Source of the DNA: Vicugna vicugna
Lineage: Eukaryota
Length of the DNA: 64,000 bases
NCBI GenBank assembly: GCA_013265495.1
Contig: MU058748.1
Coordinates: 186,001 to 250,000, forward strand
Reading direction: 5' to 3'
The position numbers and the translations under genes were made by a program. This document shows positions 40,174 through 54,452 of this stretch, one piece after another; positions within the stretch are counted from its first letter, which is position 1, and the number at the start of each line of letters is the position of its first letter. Under the pieces are notes generated by a model, which searched no databases, was not told the DNA's origin, and saw nothing but the letters and a program-made list of their open reading frames with translations.

Positions 40174-40329
40174 CTGAAAGTCAACCTGCAGCAAATTGGC
40201 TTTGATAACAGATTGAATTTACAAAGCTGCTTATTCCTCATCTTACTCCCTGGCCTCAGGAACTCCAGAGTGAAAACCAGTAAGATGCACATTGTGTCAT
40301 ACCATCTAGGTTAGTAGGTGTGCTGGCAA

Positions 40330-42150
40330 TAAGGGGGAGTCGTCTTGATTTTTTAAAATATTTAATTCAGCAAATATGCTAGATTTTCTAACTATGTTAC
40401 TTGATTCTGTTGCATTTTCTGTGAGATTCCATATCACATGCCAAAAAAAAATCTTACCTTTCCTTTCTACACATTTACCTGATTCTCTTTTATTTGATAT
40501 TATGTTAGCCAGGATTGCCAATCCTCTGTTGCACAGTAGCATTGATAAAGGGCTTTGTACTGTCTTGTGCATCCAACATAAAGTGATTACCTCTAAAATA
40601 TTTATATGTAGAATTAAGTTTACTTTTGATTGTGAAATCAAGTTAAGATTGGTCTTTTCTATGTCTAGTTTGCTGAGAATTTGTATCATAATTTAGTTAG
40701 TAGCATCAAATTCTTTTCTGCATCTGTTGATAAAACAATGCTAATATCTTTTAGTCCATTAATACAGAATTATTTTAACAGATAAGCTGATTATATCATC
40801 ATCCTTACATAGCTGCAATAAATTCCACTGAATATTTTAATATTTGTTGAATTAGGTTAACTAATATTTAGGCTTTTCCTTTTTAAATTTTCAAATCTGT
40901 TTTATTGGCAGTAAGATCACATTTCAATTACTTTATGTGTACAGATACATATAAACCCAACAATTATTTCATCAGGCACTTCGGTTCACAAGGGTTTAAT
41001 ATTCAAAACATGTAACATTAGATGCTCATACAATTAAGATTTTTAACAAACATTTTTTAAGCATGAAAACCTTATGTGCATTTTCCACGTGAAATGCCCA
41101 TTTCCAGTGTAACAGTTCCAGATACCCCTAGAAAACATCCAGACATCCCAGAAAGGGATTTGATGAATTAATCCTTGGGCTGTTGTGATAGCAGAAGGAT
41201 TTTATTTTCCCATCCCCTTTTGCAGTCTGCTTAAAAGTCTCCAACTTCAAATGACCAGCCTGGTTTCTCAAGGCAGAACCACTGGGCAGCTCGGTGTTTG
41301 CCAGACAGGGATTCTAGAGTTTCCTGAGCTTTGAGCCTGAGCCACATTCTGTGTTTGGCAGCGTAACTCCTGGAATTCTCTTCCATCCTTCTGAAAAGGC
41401 ATATGGAGGGTGACTGCATGGTTGGCCCTGATGCTAAGAAGGCCCTCTTGATGGTATACTTGTGAAGCCAAAGCGAAGGCATTAAGTACATGCCCACCTA
41501 GAAGCAGTGCAAGGGAATTTCCAACCTTGATTGCTTCAGGATAGCCATACCTTGTTACAGCTTTGAACCACCCTGGTGAAAGGCCAGTGTTTCAGGACAA
41601 TGAGTGGTTAGTTACCCACAGTTCCAGGCCTCACCTACTGCTTTAAGGAGTAGAGAAACCTCTACAGCCACAGCCTCGCAGGAAGTTTAACATGTGAGTA
41701 TCTTGGGTCAACAGGAGGCAGCAGTGCTAGACAGCCAGTCTGAGGTTCTGGCAAGATTAATTACACCAGCCATTGACCCCTCAACCCTGACAGAGCAGGG
41801 GGTTCTAAACCCCAGCTGTGAGTGGGCAATCTTTGTTCTGCTGTCTGTGGAACTGGCACCCTGCACGCAGGTGGAATAATGTCTCACCACTATCTTGGCA
41901 TCTTCCTTATTTAGACTTCTCAAATCCATATTCATGAGTGAACTGGACCTATATTTTCTTCTGTTTTATATTTATTCTTTACCAGTTTTAGAGTCAAGGT
42001 TACTTTAGAACCATAGCATCAGTTAGTGGTTGCCCATTCTTCCAATTTTCTGGACCAAACTGGAGAGTTGATAGAACTTAACTATAAAATCACTGGGGCA
42101 TGGTTTTTTTAAGGGAAAGTTCTTGTTACCATTTTGAAATCCTAAATAGT
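40330..42150 (-). mobile_element. Old LINE-1 ORF2 fragment interrupted by a 1-kb insertion
   Basis: Antisense L1-like text (tctagtttgctgagaattt, ttttctgcatctgttgat) resumes at about 41910 (ccatattcatgagtgaactgg). Confidence 0.65.
40879..41907 (-). pseudogene. Probable 5'-truncated processed retrocopy (3'UTR-like); parent gene unknown
   Basis: Minus-strand AATAAA at 40907-40902, then an A-rich tail; flanking direct repeats tatttaggcttttc / tatttagacttctc. Confidence 0.6.
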
Positions 42151-42922
42151 TAGTGTTTGTAGAACATACTTTTTGTGCCACCTTAAGATCTGCTTAGGTC
42201 CCTTTTGCCAACTTCTGTTCTCCTCCCACTCACTGTTGTGTTAGCTGCTACTAACTGCTTGAACCTGAGACTAAGATTGTTGCCTTTTGGTCAGGAAGCC
42301 TTCTCTAAGTCTTAAGATAAGATTGCACTCTATTTAGATTCTCATTTCTATAAGTATCAACTTGAGGGTTTTTTAATATTTTTCCCAGAAATGTATTCAT
42401 AACTATCTGTTCTTGTCTAAGAAATGTCTTTCACTTCACATGTGTGTACATGTGTGTATGCATGTGTGTCCATGCACTATGGGAGTTGACCAGTGAGGCT
42501 CACTGACCAGGGGTAGCCTGCAAACCCTGCTAACTTCTTGCTGCGTTGGTTTTGGCCTTACCAGAGCATAGTTTAATTTTCCCCAAAACTCCTATTAAAC
42601 TTTGTTGATAAAATCTTAGATCTAAGAAAGATAGACAAGATGCCAATTGATGAAAGACGTTGGAAGAGATCTTTTCAAGCAAAAATTCTGTAAGATTAGT
42701 TTTCTTGTAAAAAGAATAGTCTATAATCTCCAATTCCTTATTTATGGGACATTAGGCAGTATCTCTCTATTTGTACTCCAGCAGGTTGTCCCTCTCACCA
42801 CCAATAGAACATTTCTCCAGACAGTCTCTACACATCCTCTTGGACGTAATCAGTTTTCCCTGCCATCAGATCATTGACGAATGTACATATATACAGTTCT
42901 TATTCCTAAATAAAAGATAGTA

Positions 42923-43139
42923 CAGTTGACCCTTGAACAACACGGATTTGAACTATTTGGGTCCACTTAGACACGATTTTTTTCAGTAAATACGTGTACA
43001 GTACTATATAATCTGCAGTTATTTGAATCTTTGGATGGAGAATCTCAGATTTGGAGGGCTGATGTTAAAGTGCTACACAGATCTTCGACTGCATGGGGGT
43101 CAGTGCCTCTATACCCCTGTGTTGTTCAAGAGTCAGCTG
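42923..43139. mobile_element. Tigger2-like non-autonomous Tc1/mariner element
   Basis: Terminal inverted repeats cagttgacccttgaacaacac / gtgttgttcaagagtcagctg, TA TSD on both sides. Confidence 0.9.
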
Positions 43140-43289
43140 TAAAACCTTGTTGTGACCCCACTTTGCCCATCATGTCTCTTTTGCCTTCCCATGTCTCTGT
43201 TCACGTTTTCTGCAAAACTACTCAACCGTTCTTGGTTTCTCAACTTGCATTTTCTTATACCCTGTCCAGTTAGAATTTCTTCCCTATCC

Positions 43290-44180
43290 CTCCACTGAAG
43301 CCCAATCTTGTCAAGGTCGTGAAGGACCTGCACTTTCACGCGTCCTTGGTCAGTTTTCAACACTACAAGACACATTTAGCGTGGTTGATCACAAGTTTTT
43401 TTTTAAAACAGTGTGTTTACCTGGCATTATGTGTATATCCTGTTATACTTGTCACTTTCTTTTTCTGATGTTTCCTACCACTTCTTTTTCATTTTTACTT
43501 TTTATTTTAAAACATTTTTATTGAAATATAGTTGACATAGTTTTTCATATATTCTTTTTCAGATTCTTACCACTTCTTAATGTTAAAGTCCCTAGGATTG
43601 TCAGTCATTGTACTTGTCAGTCATTTAATACATCTCACTCTTCCTGGTGTTCTCATTTACTTCATGCTTTAAATACTATCTATAGATGGTGACTCCAAAA
43701 TTCCTATCTCCAGCTCGTACCTGCCTCCTGAACTCTAGTCTTGAACATCTAACTATGTACTCAGTGTGTCTATATTTACATCTGATGAGTGCCTCAAACT
43801 TAGCATGTCCTAACTTCAGTCTCAGTATTCCCACCCAACTTGCTACGTGTACCATTATCTCCCTCTCCTTTGATGGCAGTTCTATCCTTCTGTTTGTGCA
43901 GTCTCTTAGTGTCATATTTAATTGCTTGGCCTTGGTATCATATTTAATTCTTATCATTGTCTCTCATACTGTGATTAATCCATCATAACGTTTATCAAAA
44001 TATATCCAGATTCTGACCAATTTTTAACATTTTTCCTGCAATGAACAAGACCTAAATGAGCATCTTTCAACTGGATTATTGCAACAGGCTTTTAAGTGGT
44101 TTCCCTGATTCGGCTCTACTTAGCACAGTAACCAGAGTTACCCTTTGTACAAGTGAGTGCTCATGTTACTCATCTGTTCA
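43290..44180 (+). mobile_element. L2 LINE fragment
   Basis: gactccaaaattcctatctccagc..cctgaactctag, ctggattattgcaacagg. Confidence 0.75.
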
Positions 44181-45092
44181 AAGTCAGTGTATGCCACCAG
44201 TCATGGATGGAATTAACAGCACTCTTAGCACAGACCAAAGTTAAAGTTTATGTATTCCAAAATGGCCCTCCTGATATGTGTATTAGTATAGAAAAATAAA
44301 TTCCATTTACAAAAAAACTTTCTCTAATTTGTTACATGTTAGTTCTCAAAGTCACTATATTTTAGTGATCTTTGAGTAATTGCAGAAAAGGATGCAAAGG
44401 AAACTGCCATTTAAACTAGAGGGAAACAGATACATGTTAGAAGTTAGGAAAATCAAAGGCTTAAAATAGAATGCATATTAACAATGATAAGAGACATATT
44501 CAGACTAAAGCAGTCTTTTCTGGATGATGATTCCTCTACCATATGATGGAATAGTATACATTAATTCTAATTATATGCCATTTACAATTAGAAGCACATG
44601 GTGTGAAATATTATATACACATATGGATATATCAAAAAGTGATTCTGTGTGCAGAAATATGTGTATACCTAATTATGATAAAGTAATTCTGAATCATTGT
44701 CTTACTCTTATGATTTATATTTTAGGTCCTGGGTACCAAAATAATGCCACAATATAAAGCAACTTATGTGGTTGCTTTTCATGTATGCTAAGTTCAAGTT
44801 CTAAACATACCACTTTTATGCTTAATTAAGTACAACTTTCTAAAGGCCAACAGCAAACTGATTAGCTGGAGAAAGTTATAGCTTATAACTGACTTCATAT
44901 AACTCTAGGCAAAGTTTATATTGGCTTTGTTGTGTTGTACAAGTTAAGTTACATAGTATATGGTTAATAACTTCATTTACATGCCTGGGTACACCAGCAT
45001 GCTTCCTGAACATAAGTATGTGAATTGCTTCTAGGCTTTTAAGTCTGTGTAAGTCTGGTATTAATTTTCTAGGTGTCATTGTATACAGTTAC

Positions 45093-47015
45093 CTTCCAGA
45101 ACTAAAATACACAAAAAAGAAGCACTCATTATCTTCTTTATCTCAATTCTTAAATACATTTGTCTTTACACATCTTTATTCCTAATAAACACCTACTTGT
45201 AATATTTGCCAGATATTTACCATTAGAAATAGGATACAAAAAAGTTACCTCGTTTTCATCTTTGGAGATGTATTACACTCTTCTGGTTCATGCTGTCATT
45301 TGTGTGTCTAAAAAACTTGTGTTATATTAGGGCCATACTACTTATATTCTGATCACTGTCTTTTAGATGGAAATTTATTTGAGAAAAAAGAAAGGCAGCT
45401 GATAGCATGTCCTTTAATCATCAGATTATGATAAGTAAAATTGCTGTAATGAGACTCAGACTGTCAAAATCCCAGATGCACTATTGGACAACCTTGCTTG
45501 TCCCGGGGATACAGTCATGGGATTAACAGAGCACCTCTGTCTCCTTAGTCCCGACAACTGTGGTCGGGTCACTCTGACGTAGAACGATTTTTTTCGTTTT
45601 CAACACGGGCTACTTCACTGGTTTGGTCAGTAAGTCTGTCTTGTGCTGTGGGCTTACTGGTATTTTCTCTAAGCTCTGCCCCTCCCAGTGACTCAGAACG
45701 CCCATATTTCTTCCTAGATACTCCAATACCCCAAAAGAGAAATGGAGAATATTTTTATTGCTCTAATAGAAAATGATAATACATTCTAGCTGTATTCATA
45801 AGTTAGTAACTGCTTTGCTTATGGCATGTATAACTTCCAGTGTGACGTGACCATCCTCCAATTGTAACTCATTGTAGTACGAATTTATCCATCTACAATT
45901 TTGTTACCAGAGACAACTCATAGAAAGTGACTGTCAGCATAAAAGTACTTGAGTGGTTTATCACTGGCTCTGTAGCTTGTTTGAGGAGGTTATACATAAC
46001 CTAAAAATTTAGAAAATCCCCTTGAAATAAATTGGAACTTTCTTCCCCAAGGGTTCATGCCAAAACACTGAGGCATCAATAATAAAGCAAGGGGCTTATT
46101 TTGCAAATTAAGCAATGGGCTTATTTTGCAAATTAAGAATCTTCCCTAAGAAAGAGGATCTGTATGAAACACTGTGACCTACCCAAGTGTGAAGTGATAA
46201 ATAGGAATATGTACTCAGCCAGAGACCTTTGCAATTAGAGAAAACTTTGTTTGCTTCATCTTTTTGCAAGGTCGGATTCAATTAGCATGTTCAGTGGACA
46301 GTGGAGTCCTGGCTTTTCTTTACAACCTGTAATAGACTCAGTTATTTTCCAGGGTTGCTTCTATTCTGTAAATATGCCAGCATTGCCTGGTTTAAAACTA
46401 AACATATTTTAATGAGAATTGTAGCTCCTAATTCCTCTCATTTCTGAAAGTCTTGCAAAGTGGCAGAAATTTCATACCAAGGAAAATGAATAGCCAGTCA
46501 ACTGATTTGCCTAAATGTATGGTGCATATCAAATGTACCCTTGGTCTACTAATAGACATTCCAACCTCACCTTGGGTATTCCTCACTTCCTGTAATTTAG
46601 GATTACCATGTTGGTGCAGTAGCAGGATCAGAGAGATTTATGCAAAATAATGAATATTCACTATAACATATGACTGTCAAATGTCAATGTGACAAAAAGT
46701 ACACTAAAGGGGTAGTGAGTCCTGTCTAACAGCGAGCCCCTGTCTGCTCTCTGCTACAGTAACAATCTACTGGCGATAACTGTCAGGGCACAGACTATTA
46801 GATTGCAAATACACGGATGAACTGTGAGCATGATCATGAGACCATATATTCTGTCACTTTTTCTTCATTTCTAGGGCTAAATTCCTCCCACATGGCTGTG
46901 AATTACATAGCAGAAATTGTCAGAAGTTTTACTCTCCTAAGTGAATGCTAATAAGTAAGTACATATTTTATAGGCTGCCCAGGCAGGTAGTCTTACCAAT
47001 ATTAAACTTCCATCC
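45093..47015 (-). pseudogene. Cluster of small exon candidates: 46997-47015 (19 nt), 46571-46589 (19 nt), 45658-45713 (56 nt), 45249-45307 (59 nt), 45093-45101 (9 nt)
   Basis: Each has a YAG acceptor and a GTRA donor. They join in phase as DGSLIL|EVRNTQ|GRNMGVLSHWEGQSLEKIP|THK*QHEPEECNTSPKMKT|SSG. Confidence 0.5.
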
Positions 47016-47729
47016 CTGTACACAGAAGATAGGAAACGTGGGTATTAATGTCTTTGTTTCTATGCCTTACTCATTTTGCCATACAGAGATCCATATTTTA
47101 AAAGCTGGTTGTGTTCCAGAAGTTAATTTGTGAATCAGTTGTTTGGAAAATGAAATACTTATTTCCCATAGAAACAATATTTTAAAATGGTAGGTTAAGA
47201 CAACCTATGACATGCCTGCTTAATCAGCAATAAACATTAATTCTAGAACCTGACCAAGCTGTATAAAATGGGCTTGCTTTGTTAGTTTCAACAGGAATCA
47301 ATTTTTGCCAAAGAAATAGAACTCCAACTTATCTCCCACCCGAATCACCATGTACACATATTAGCGTGTCACAATTTCTCAATATCTGGACTTTGAGAGT
47401 GAAAGCATAGGCAATCTCAGTGCGTCTGGTTGTGGTCTCACTGAACTGGTTAGTCTGGGCTTTATCTGGGATGAGATATTGGGAAGATGAAATAATAAGG
47501 AAGCTCTAAATATGGAAGCTCAGAGACACTTGTGCAAAATCACCAACAAAAAGCACAGAAATGCGAAAAAAAAAAGGGTACTAAATAGACTGTGTAGAGG
47601 ACACTTATTATAATTAGAAACTCTTTGACCTCATCAAGAAGTGTGCATCAGGTGGTTCAAATTGTTAGCTGCTTTTCACGTGCCTGGGAATGCCCATGGG
47701 AGCACCCAAGTATGGATCCTGGAAAATTT

Positions 47730-48100
47730 TATACTTAGGAAAATCTAAGTTATGTTGTGAAACAAACAACCACACAGACTTTAATGGCTTAAAAATAAAG
47801 TTTTATTTCTCACTTGTATATCTATTACATTTTGGTGGCTGGGATTTGAAAGTTTGCCGTCAGTGTAATAACTCAAACACAGAGTTACAGCACAGCCAGC
47901 ATCACGACAGTTTCCACTCACCGTGCAGATTGAAAAGAAACCTCAGGGGAATGCCGTTCCAGCAATTAAAAGCCTTGGCCTGGAAGTGGCCTGTATTTTA
48001 ACCCATTAGCCAGAACTAATCACATATCTTCACCCAACTGCAAGAGGACCTGGGATATGATTTTACTAGGTACCTGGAAGCAGGGTGAGGTGCACAAATA
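47730..48100. mobile_element. Old MLT1 (MaLR) LTR
   Basis: aatggcttaaaaataaagttttatttctcac ... ggcctggaagtggc ... cccaactgcaag. Confidence 0.65.
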
Positions 48101-49712
48101 GGATGAAAACCAGAAACGTGTTGAAATTTTCAAGACTCATACATAGATTAACAAGCTATACGCCAGCAGTTTTGAATAATCATCTTGCCATGTCCCACTA
48201 CTAATTTTGAAGCTCTCAGATAAGATATGTGCTAGAAGAATGTGACACTAAGCTAGGATTAGAAACTCTAAAGCCTAGGCATTACTGAGGCTTGATTCTG
48301 TATGTGTTTGGGGTGGGCTATTTCAGCTACGTCACAAATTATATTTATATATGGAATTATATTCATATATTTCATAGAAGCAAACAATGGGTTTTTGTCA
48401 TAAGAAAAATACACTTGAAGGATTTTACTTGAAGTCGTCTACCCCTGCCAATAGAGTGGAGAATCAGTTTTGTGATTTTGCTTTTGTCCTTGGATAACAC
48501 GAGAGACTCCCTCTCATAGATCAGAACTTCAGGCACCCTCAGTTCATTTCCTTTATTTCACTAAATCAGGTGTGCATTGTGAAGTGAGTGGCCCAAGATT
48601 TATTATTGTTGCTGGGTTAAAAAGCTCTCATCCCTCTGATTCTTAGAACTTCTAGGGCTTGAAGTAAAATTCCTCATGCAGACCATGCTTAGTGCTTATT
48701 AGCCACATAATTTAATTTCTGATCTTTTTTTCTATTCATTGTAAAAGAAAATACTTCATCTTACTGGGTAGAAAAATGCTCATAATTTTTTTTAATTTAA
48801 AAATTCTTTGTGCTGAGTTGTTTGTATTTCTCAGCATAAATGCTAATGTTTAAGTAAAGGACTATTTTTCTAAAATTGAAATGAAAATACTTAAAATTTG
48901 GTCAAGACCGTTTAAAATCTGATTCCTTGTATTTGCTGGCAATCAGTTTAAAATCCCATGTATTTAATAGTAGATAAAGACAAAAATATGTCAAGCAATA
49001 AAATATACACAGTATTATCATTACCCCTTTTTTTTTTACTATGTATATGCTGGTATTGTACAAATCAAATATTTCTTAAGAATGCTGTCAATCTATATGC
49101 ATTAAAACTTTAAAACATTGTTTCATTACACCAATCTGATTTTTTGACAGGATGAATAAGTGTGCCACATAGATAACTGGTTCATTAACTCATTTGGGTA
49201 TGATAGCTGTTACATACAACTTTTTTCCATTTGTGTGTAACATAGGAGAACATGAGTTTTTCCTTCTTTCTCATTTAGTAACATTGTTTCTTTATCTGAT
49301 TAATGATTTATGCATTTAGTCTATTAACAAATACTGAGTACCTACTGTGTAACTGCCATACTAAAAAACGTATGAAAAACGCTACACTCCACAAGAGTTG
49401 ATTTCAATGTGGTGAGATAGACAGTAAACAATCAAATGAGGCAAAGCATATACGTAATATGCCAGATGGTGAGGAGTGCGGTGAAGGGAAATAAACTTGA
49501 AAAGAGGAATGAATGGTCTTGTTATGACTCAGTCTGTATTTTTGAACGGGTAAATTATACTTAGAAAATTATGAGTTTGTTTAGAATAATTATATTTTAC
49601 TGTTTACAACAGCCTGAGAGGGAAGGGCACAGGAGGAGAAAGAATTTTCAAGAAAAAAATTTGACACTAAACAACATGATATAACAAATGCCTTATCCAC
49701 ATAGAACTTAAC

Positions 49713-49873
49713 TTTTTTGTGTGGTGCATTTATCATGTGTAACTGATCAGAAAGCACCAAAGCACTTCTTTGTTGACCTAATCTGGCATCTGCGGGGCCC
49801 TCCTCTAGAGAAGTGATAAAATTGAGTTCATCTTTCTCACTTCTGTTTATTTGCCTGCCTCTCTTGGGTTCAT
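49713..49873 (-). pseudogene. Exon candidate EPKRGRQINRSEKDELNFITSLEEGPADARLGQQRSALVLSDQLHMINAPHKK
   Basis: Open frame inside ORF 49590-49916, acceptor cctgctag, weak donor gttaag. Confidence 0.35.
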
Positions 49874-51644
49874 CTAGCAGGCTGAAGGGTTTCCATGCTG
49901 AGCTCCAATCATTCATTTTTCAAGTGTTACAACACAAACGTAAGACTTGTAGGGAATTATTTTGTTTATAACAGAACGGGTTTAAAATGAATGAAAATCT
50001 TGACATCCAGAATCCATAAAAAGGAGATCACTTGGGTTAGGATGTGAATTAGAGAACTATTTCATAGTGTATTTGTTCTAGCATATAGACTTAGTATATG
50101 TCAACAAATAAAAATAATTATTTTACCATTGGGAACAGTAGAAATGGGAATAAAAACCAGTCCTTACCAATCATTTTGGAAGATTTTTTACCTCATTAGC
50201 ATCTACCCTCACTGCAGTCACTGGGCCTGCTCCAATTTGAAAGCCAGTGAAAATGAAACACAAAAACATAAATTAATAAAGTGAAGCGAATAAATAGCCT
50301 TGCTATGAAAAAGGACGTCAACAGCAAAAGTAAAAATTAATAAATAAATAAAACCCATACAGTATAATAAACAATAATAAAGCAATGGCTTGCACTTACA
50401 GCTAAAATAAGTGTTTCGCAGAGGAGTAACATCCATTGACTAAGTAGTTATATTTGAAAAGAGTAATACCATGTTAAGAGCCAAAATTATTTTTCGACAT
50501 GTCCAATTAAACACAGATGTAATAATTTCAAAATTGTTAACTGAAATGATGAAAACAGTGACAATTCTCAGTATAGAATAACTTTGAAAATGTACATGCT
50601 GATTATTTTGGTTACTAAGCTTCATTTTAACAGTAATTCTTCAATTGGCCTTAAGCTTAAGAATGAATATCATGAATGATAACCAAGCACATGTGTCAAA
50701 AATTGATCCTTGATCACGTATGTAAAATTATTTTCACTAATGAGCCTAGTTCTCCCACAGTCATGATTAAGCAATTTATGCAGACATTATCAGTCTCATT
50801 TTGAAAATGACTAGTTCAAATTATGAAGTATTTTCAAGTAGGCTGATCTTAATCCCCCTAGAATTGCAATATTCCTGTTCTAAGGACACCCATGTTACGT
50901 AATTATTGCCAGAGCCAGAATGTGTCTGTATGAATGCAGTAACTTACTGCTCTACTTACCGTTTCTACTTTAGTCATGTTACACAATTTAAGTTTTCCTT
51001 CTATTTAAAGTGTTGTTTTCTAGCCTCCCCCAAAAAGTATGGAAAAGATTGAGATTTAAGAAATAAAATATCTCATCCCAACCCTGTAACCTGTGTTCTT
51101 AATGGCCTCAGGCGAATCACATCACCTCTGTTTTTCCTGCATTAAGTAAAATACGGGAATTGGACTGGAATTAGAGGTTCCCAATCCTGTCTGTGTGTTG
51201 AAATCTGGGATGGAGGTTACTTTAAAAGCCACCTATGTAAGAATGGCACAGTTGTTATTTTTAAAAAGTCTTATCACTTAGAAGTGCGTCTGAATTCTTT
51301 ATCATGGAAATTACATCTGGGATTTGCTTTCAAATAGATTTGAGAAAGAAAAGAACAGAAAAGAACAAACAGCTATAAAGGAGAGTGGAAAGGGAAAGAG
51401 AAGTGAAGGAAATACAAGGAAAAATGGGACCCCCCAAAAAAAAAATAAAGGGAAAAAAATTAAGCTTTGAGTAATGTGTAAAACGGTGGTCTGTAATTTT
51501 GATGAAGTTTGTTGGTTGATATAGAGGGCTTCATTCTTCCTCAATTTTTGTGTGGTTGCAAAGTTAATTTTTTTTTTTTTTTTTTTTTTTGCTCAAATTC
51601 TAGTTCTACCAATTCTAGAGATCCTAATTTTACAACTGTGAATC

Positions 51645-51830
51645 AGTGGTTCCCTGAGTGTGGTGCTCAGAACAGTGTCATTACCTGGGCATTTGTTCGA
51701 AATACAAATTATTAGGATCTATCCAAGAACTACTAAATCACAAACCATGAGGGTACAGCCCAGTGATCAGTGTTCTTAAAGAAAAAAAAATTCCTGTGAT
51801 TTTGATTTATGCATAAACATAAGAACCATG
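51645..51830. mobile_element. MER5A-like hAT element
   Basis: cagtggttccctgagtgtggt ... gaaatacaaatt ... aagaacca. Confidence 0.65.
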
Positions 51831-53169
51831 TCTGAGTGAGGTTCTATATTGATGTTATATTTAGTACTCTAGGTAATTTAGGAAAGGATAAATAGGAATG
51901 AATAGGAAAGTAGCACTAAGGACCACTGGATAAAATGATTTCTGAACTCAAAAAGTCCTCCACAGTTCTGTTTAAAAAAAGAAAAAAGCTAAAATTCAAC
52001 AAAAACAAGAACACACATACAACACTTTACCTTTTGTATTTGTTTTGTTATGTGATACAGATTCCTTAAATAAAAATCAGTAAAATAATAATCTTTATTG
52101 TTGAGAAGATTAAATAATACATACACAATACTAAAATAGTACATGACATACATGAAGAACTAAGAATTACTTTAATTTTTGTTTTAGTTTATATTGCTCA
52201 TATATATTTATTAATGTCTTCCACGTATTTTATTATAAAACTAAAAATTACTTTCTGGATAAATTTTATTTTACATATTTTCTAATATTTGTTTTATATT
52301 ATATCAATAACCAAAAATTATTTTTACCTGTAGTGAAATACTAATATTTGTCCTGAATATTAATTCTTCTGTAAATCAAATAGCAATATTTCTTTGATCA
52401 AATTATTTTAGCTGACAGAGATCAACATTTATTTCCTCCATAATTAATTATGAAAAAGGTCAAGACCATTGGAACAAAATTGTTTGCTGTTGAGTAGAAA
52501 AGAGCAGAATACAAGCAAACGTTAGTATCTCAGTGGACAATTCTGTAAGTACCTAAACGGACACAATTTTCTTTAGCACTGAGTGCCTGGACCATTATGT
52601 ATTCTGAAATATTTTAGCTATAATCCTTAAATGTATTTAAATTATCTGTCTCTAACTTACAGTTAATATAAACTTAAAGTTGAGGCAGAGACTAATTTTT
52701 TTTAGATATTTTAAATGCAACTTTATTCTAGAGACTACATTTTGATAATTACAATTTCAATGATTTTTACAAGTGAAATACAGGGATTTATTATTTCTAA
52801 TTTTAGTTGGTCTTAGGTGGTCCTCCAATTGTGTCATTAACTAACTATAAGATGTTAAACTCTATGTATTTAAATTTCTTCATCTGTATTATGAAAGTTT
52901 AGATGAGTCATTCTAAAATCAACAATTTTGGTAGAGAAGACACTTGCCTTTTGTTCTAAATATGTCAATAACTAGTGTTACTACCTCAGATAAGTCATGT
53001 AAGTCTAAATACCCACATATACAAAAGAGAGGATGGATCACATGATCTCTGATGTCTTTTTAGACTCTGTGTGATTGTGGTCTGTGTGTCTATGTATGTG
53101 TCTGTAAGTATTTCTACCTAGGAAATACACTTTAAGAGTAAATTAAAGAATATCTTACCTATAAAATTT

Positions 53170-54452
53170 TTTAAGTGGATGGTGGTTTAAGGGAGCCAAG
53201 TTTCTCAGTGTTGGAGTAGAAGGTTTCAGGTAAGCAAGGAGAGGAGTCTAGAATAATGACTGTGTGAACTCATATTTAGATTGATAAAAACATAACTGAA
53301 TATATCTAGAAGTATTTACAGATACATGTATATACATCAGTTAATACACACATATATTAATTTGTTCAGTCAGCTGAGATGGCCTAGAAACAATAAGAAT
53401 CCAATAGCAAGGAGTCCATCTGGTGCCTAGATCTTGGTTTAGAACACCATCCTCCAATAAAAGCAATAGGTTCCCCTTGAGAAATGGCTAGTTCTTGGAC
53501 CCAGGCAAGGAATGTTCAAGATAAGCCTGGAATATCTTATTCAGAAAGTAAGGAAGTTCTCAAAACAAACAAAACACACAATCATGCGGTTTTATGTCAA
53601 AGAGACTCGGGAGCTACCTGAAAGAACTCCTGATGGCCAAAGATGGAACAATTTGAGCACCAAAATAAAACTGGAGTATAACACAAAGTGTAAAATAAAT
53701 ATCTTTGAGCCCATGCTAATAGAAATGATTGAATGACTAATTGGCAGAGAAGAGACAAACCTTATGTAATAACATACTTAGATACTCAGTCCTCAAGGTG
53801 GCAAGTAACTTCCCACTATTTAAGTGTGGGCTATACCCTTCCTTCCAAAGGGTACTATATGGGAAGGGGAGGTGGGAGTAAATTTACAATGGATAGACCT
53901 GAAAAACACTACCTCAGCCAGTGATCAAGGTCGGCATCAACCATAAGTCGTATGGATAATATGTGCCCTTAATTTGATATGATGAAAATGGCAGTTTCCC
54001 TCTGTGATCTTCCTCCCAGAAGCCAACAACCTCAACTGAACTATGAGAAAAACATTTTTGAAATGCCAGTTGAGAAGCAGTTTACAAAATATATGACCAG
54101 TATTCCTCAAAACTGTCAAGATCATTAAAAACAAAGTTGGAGAAATTGTCACATCTAAAAGGAGCCTAAGGAGACATGGCAACTAAATATAATATGGTGC
54201 CCTGAATGGCATGGTGAATATGGTCAAAGAGAAAAAGGACACGAGGTATCAACTAAGAAAGTGTGAGCCTAGTATGAAGTTGAAAATAGTCTATCAATAT
54301 TGGCTTATTAATTGTGACAAATGCACTGTAATAATGTAAGATGTTAATAATAGGAGAAACTGAGTACAGTGTAGATGAAAACTCCCTGTAATCTGTCCCC
54401 AGTTTTTTTTTCTGTGACTTTTAAAATATTCTAAAAGTTAAGTTCTATTAAA
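53170..54452 (+). mobile_element. L1MC-type LINE-1 3' region
   Basis: cttgagaaatggctagttc, aaacactacctcagccagtgatcaaggtc, aatgtaagatgttaataataggagaaactg. Confidence 0.85.

Noticed and set aside
40306..40696. Overlapping 127-aa and 106-aa ORFs
   Set aside because: Remnant of L1 ORF2 and its antisense strand.
46092..46137. 25-bp-period duplication; similar tiny ones near 9767 and 43598
   Set aside because: Ordinary replication-slippage duplications.
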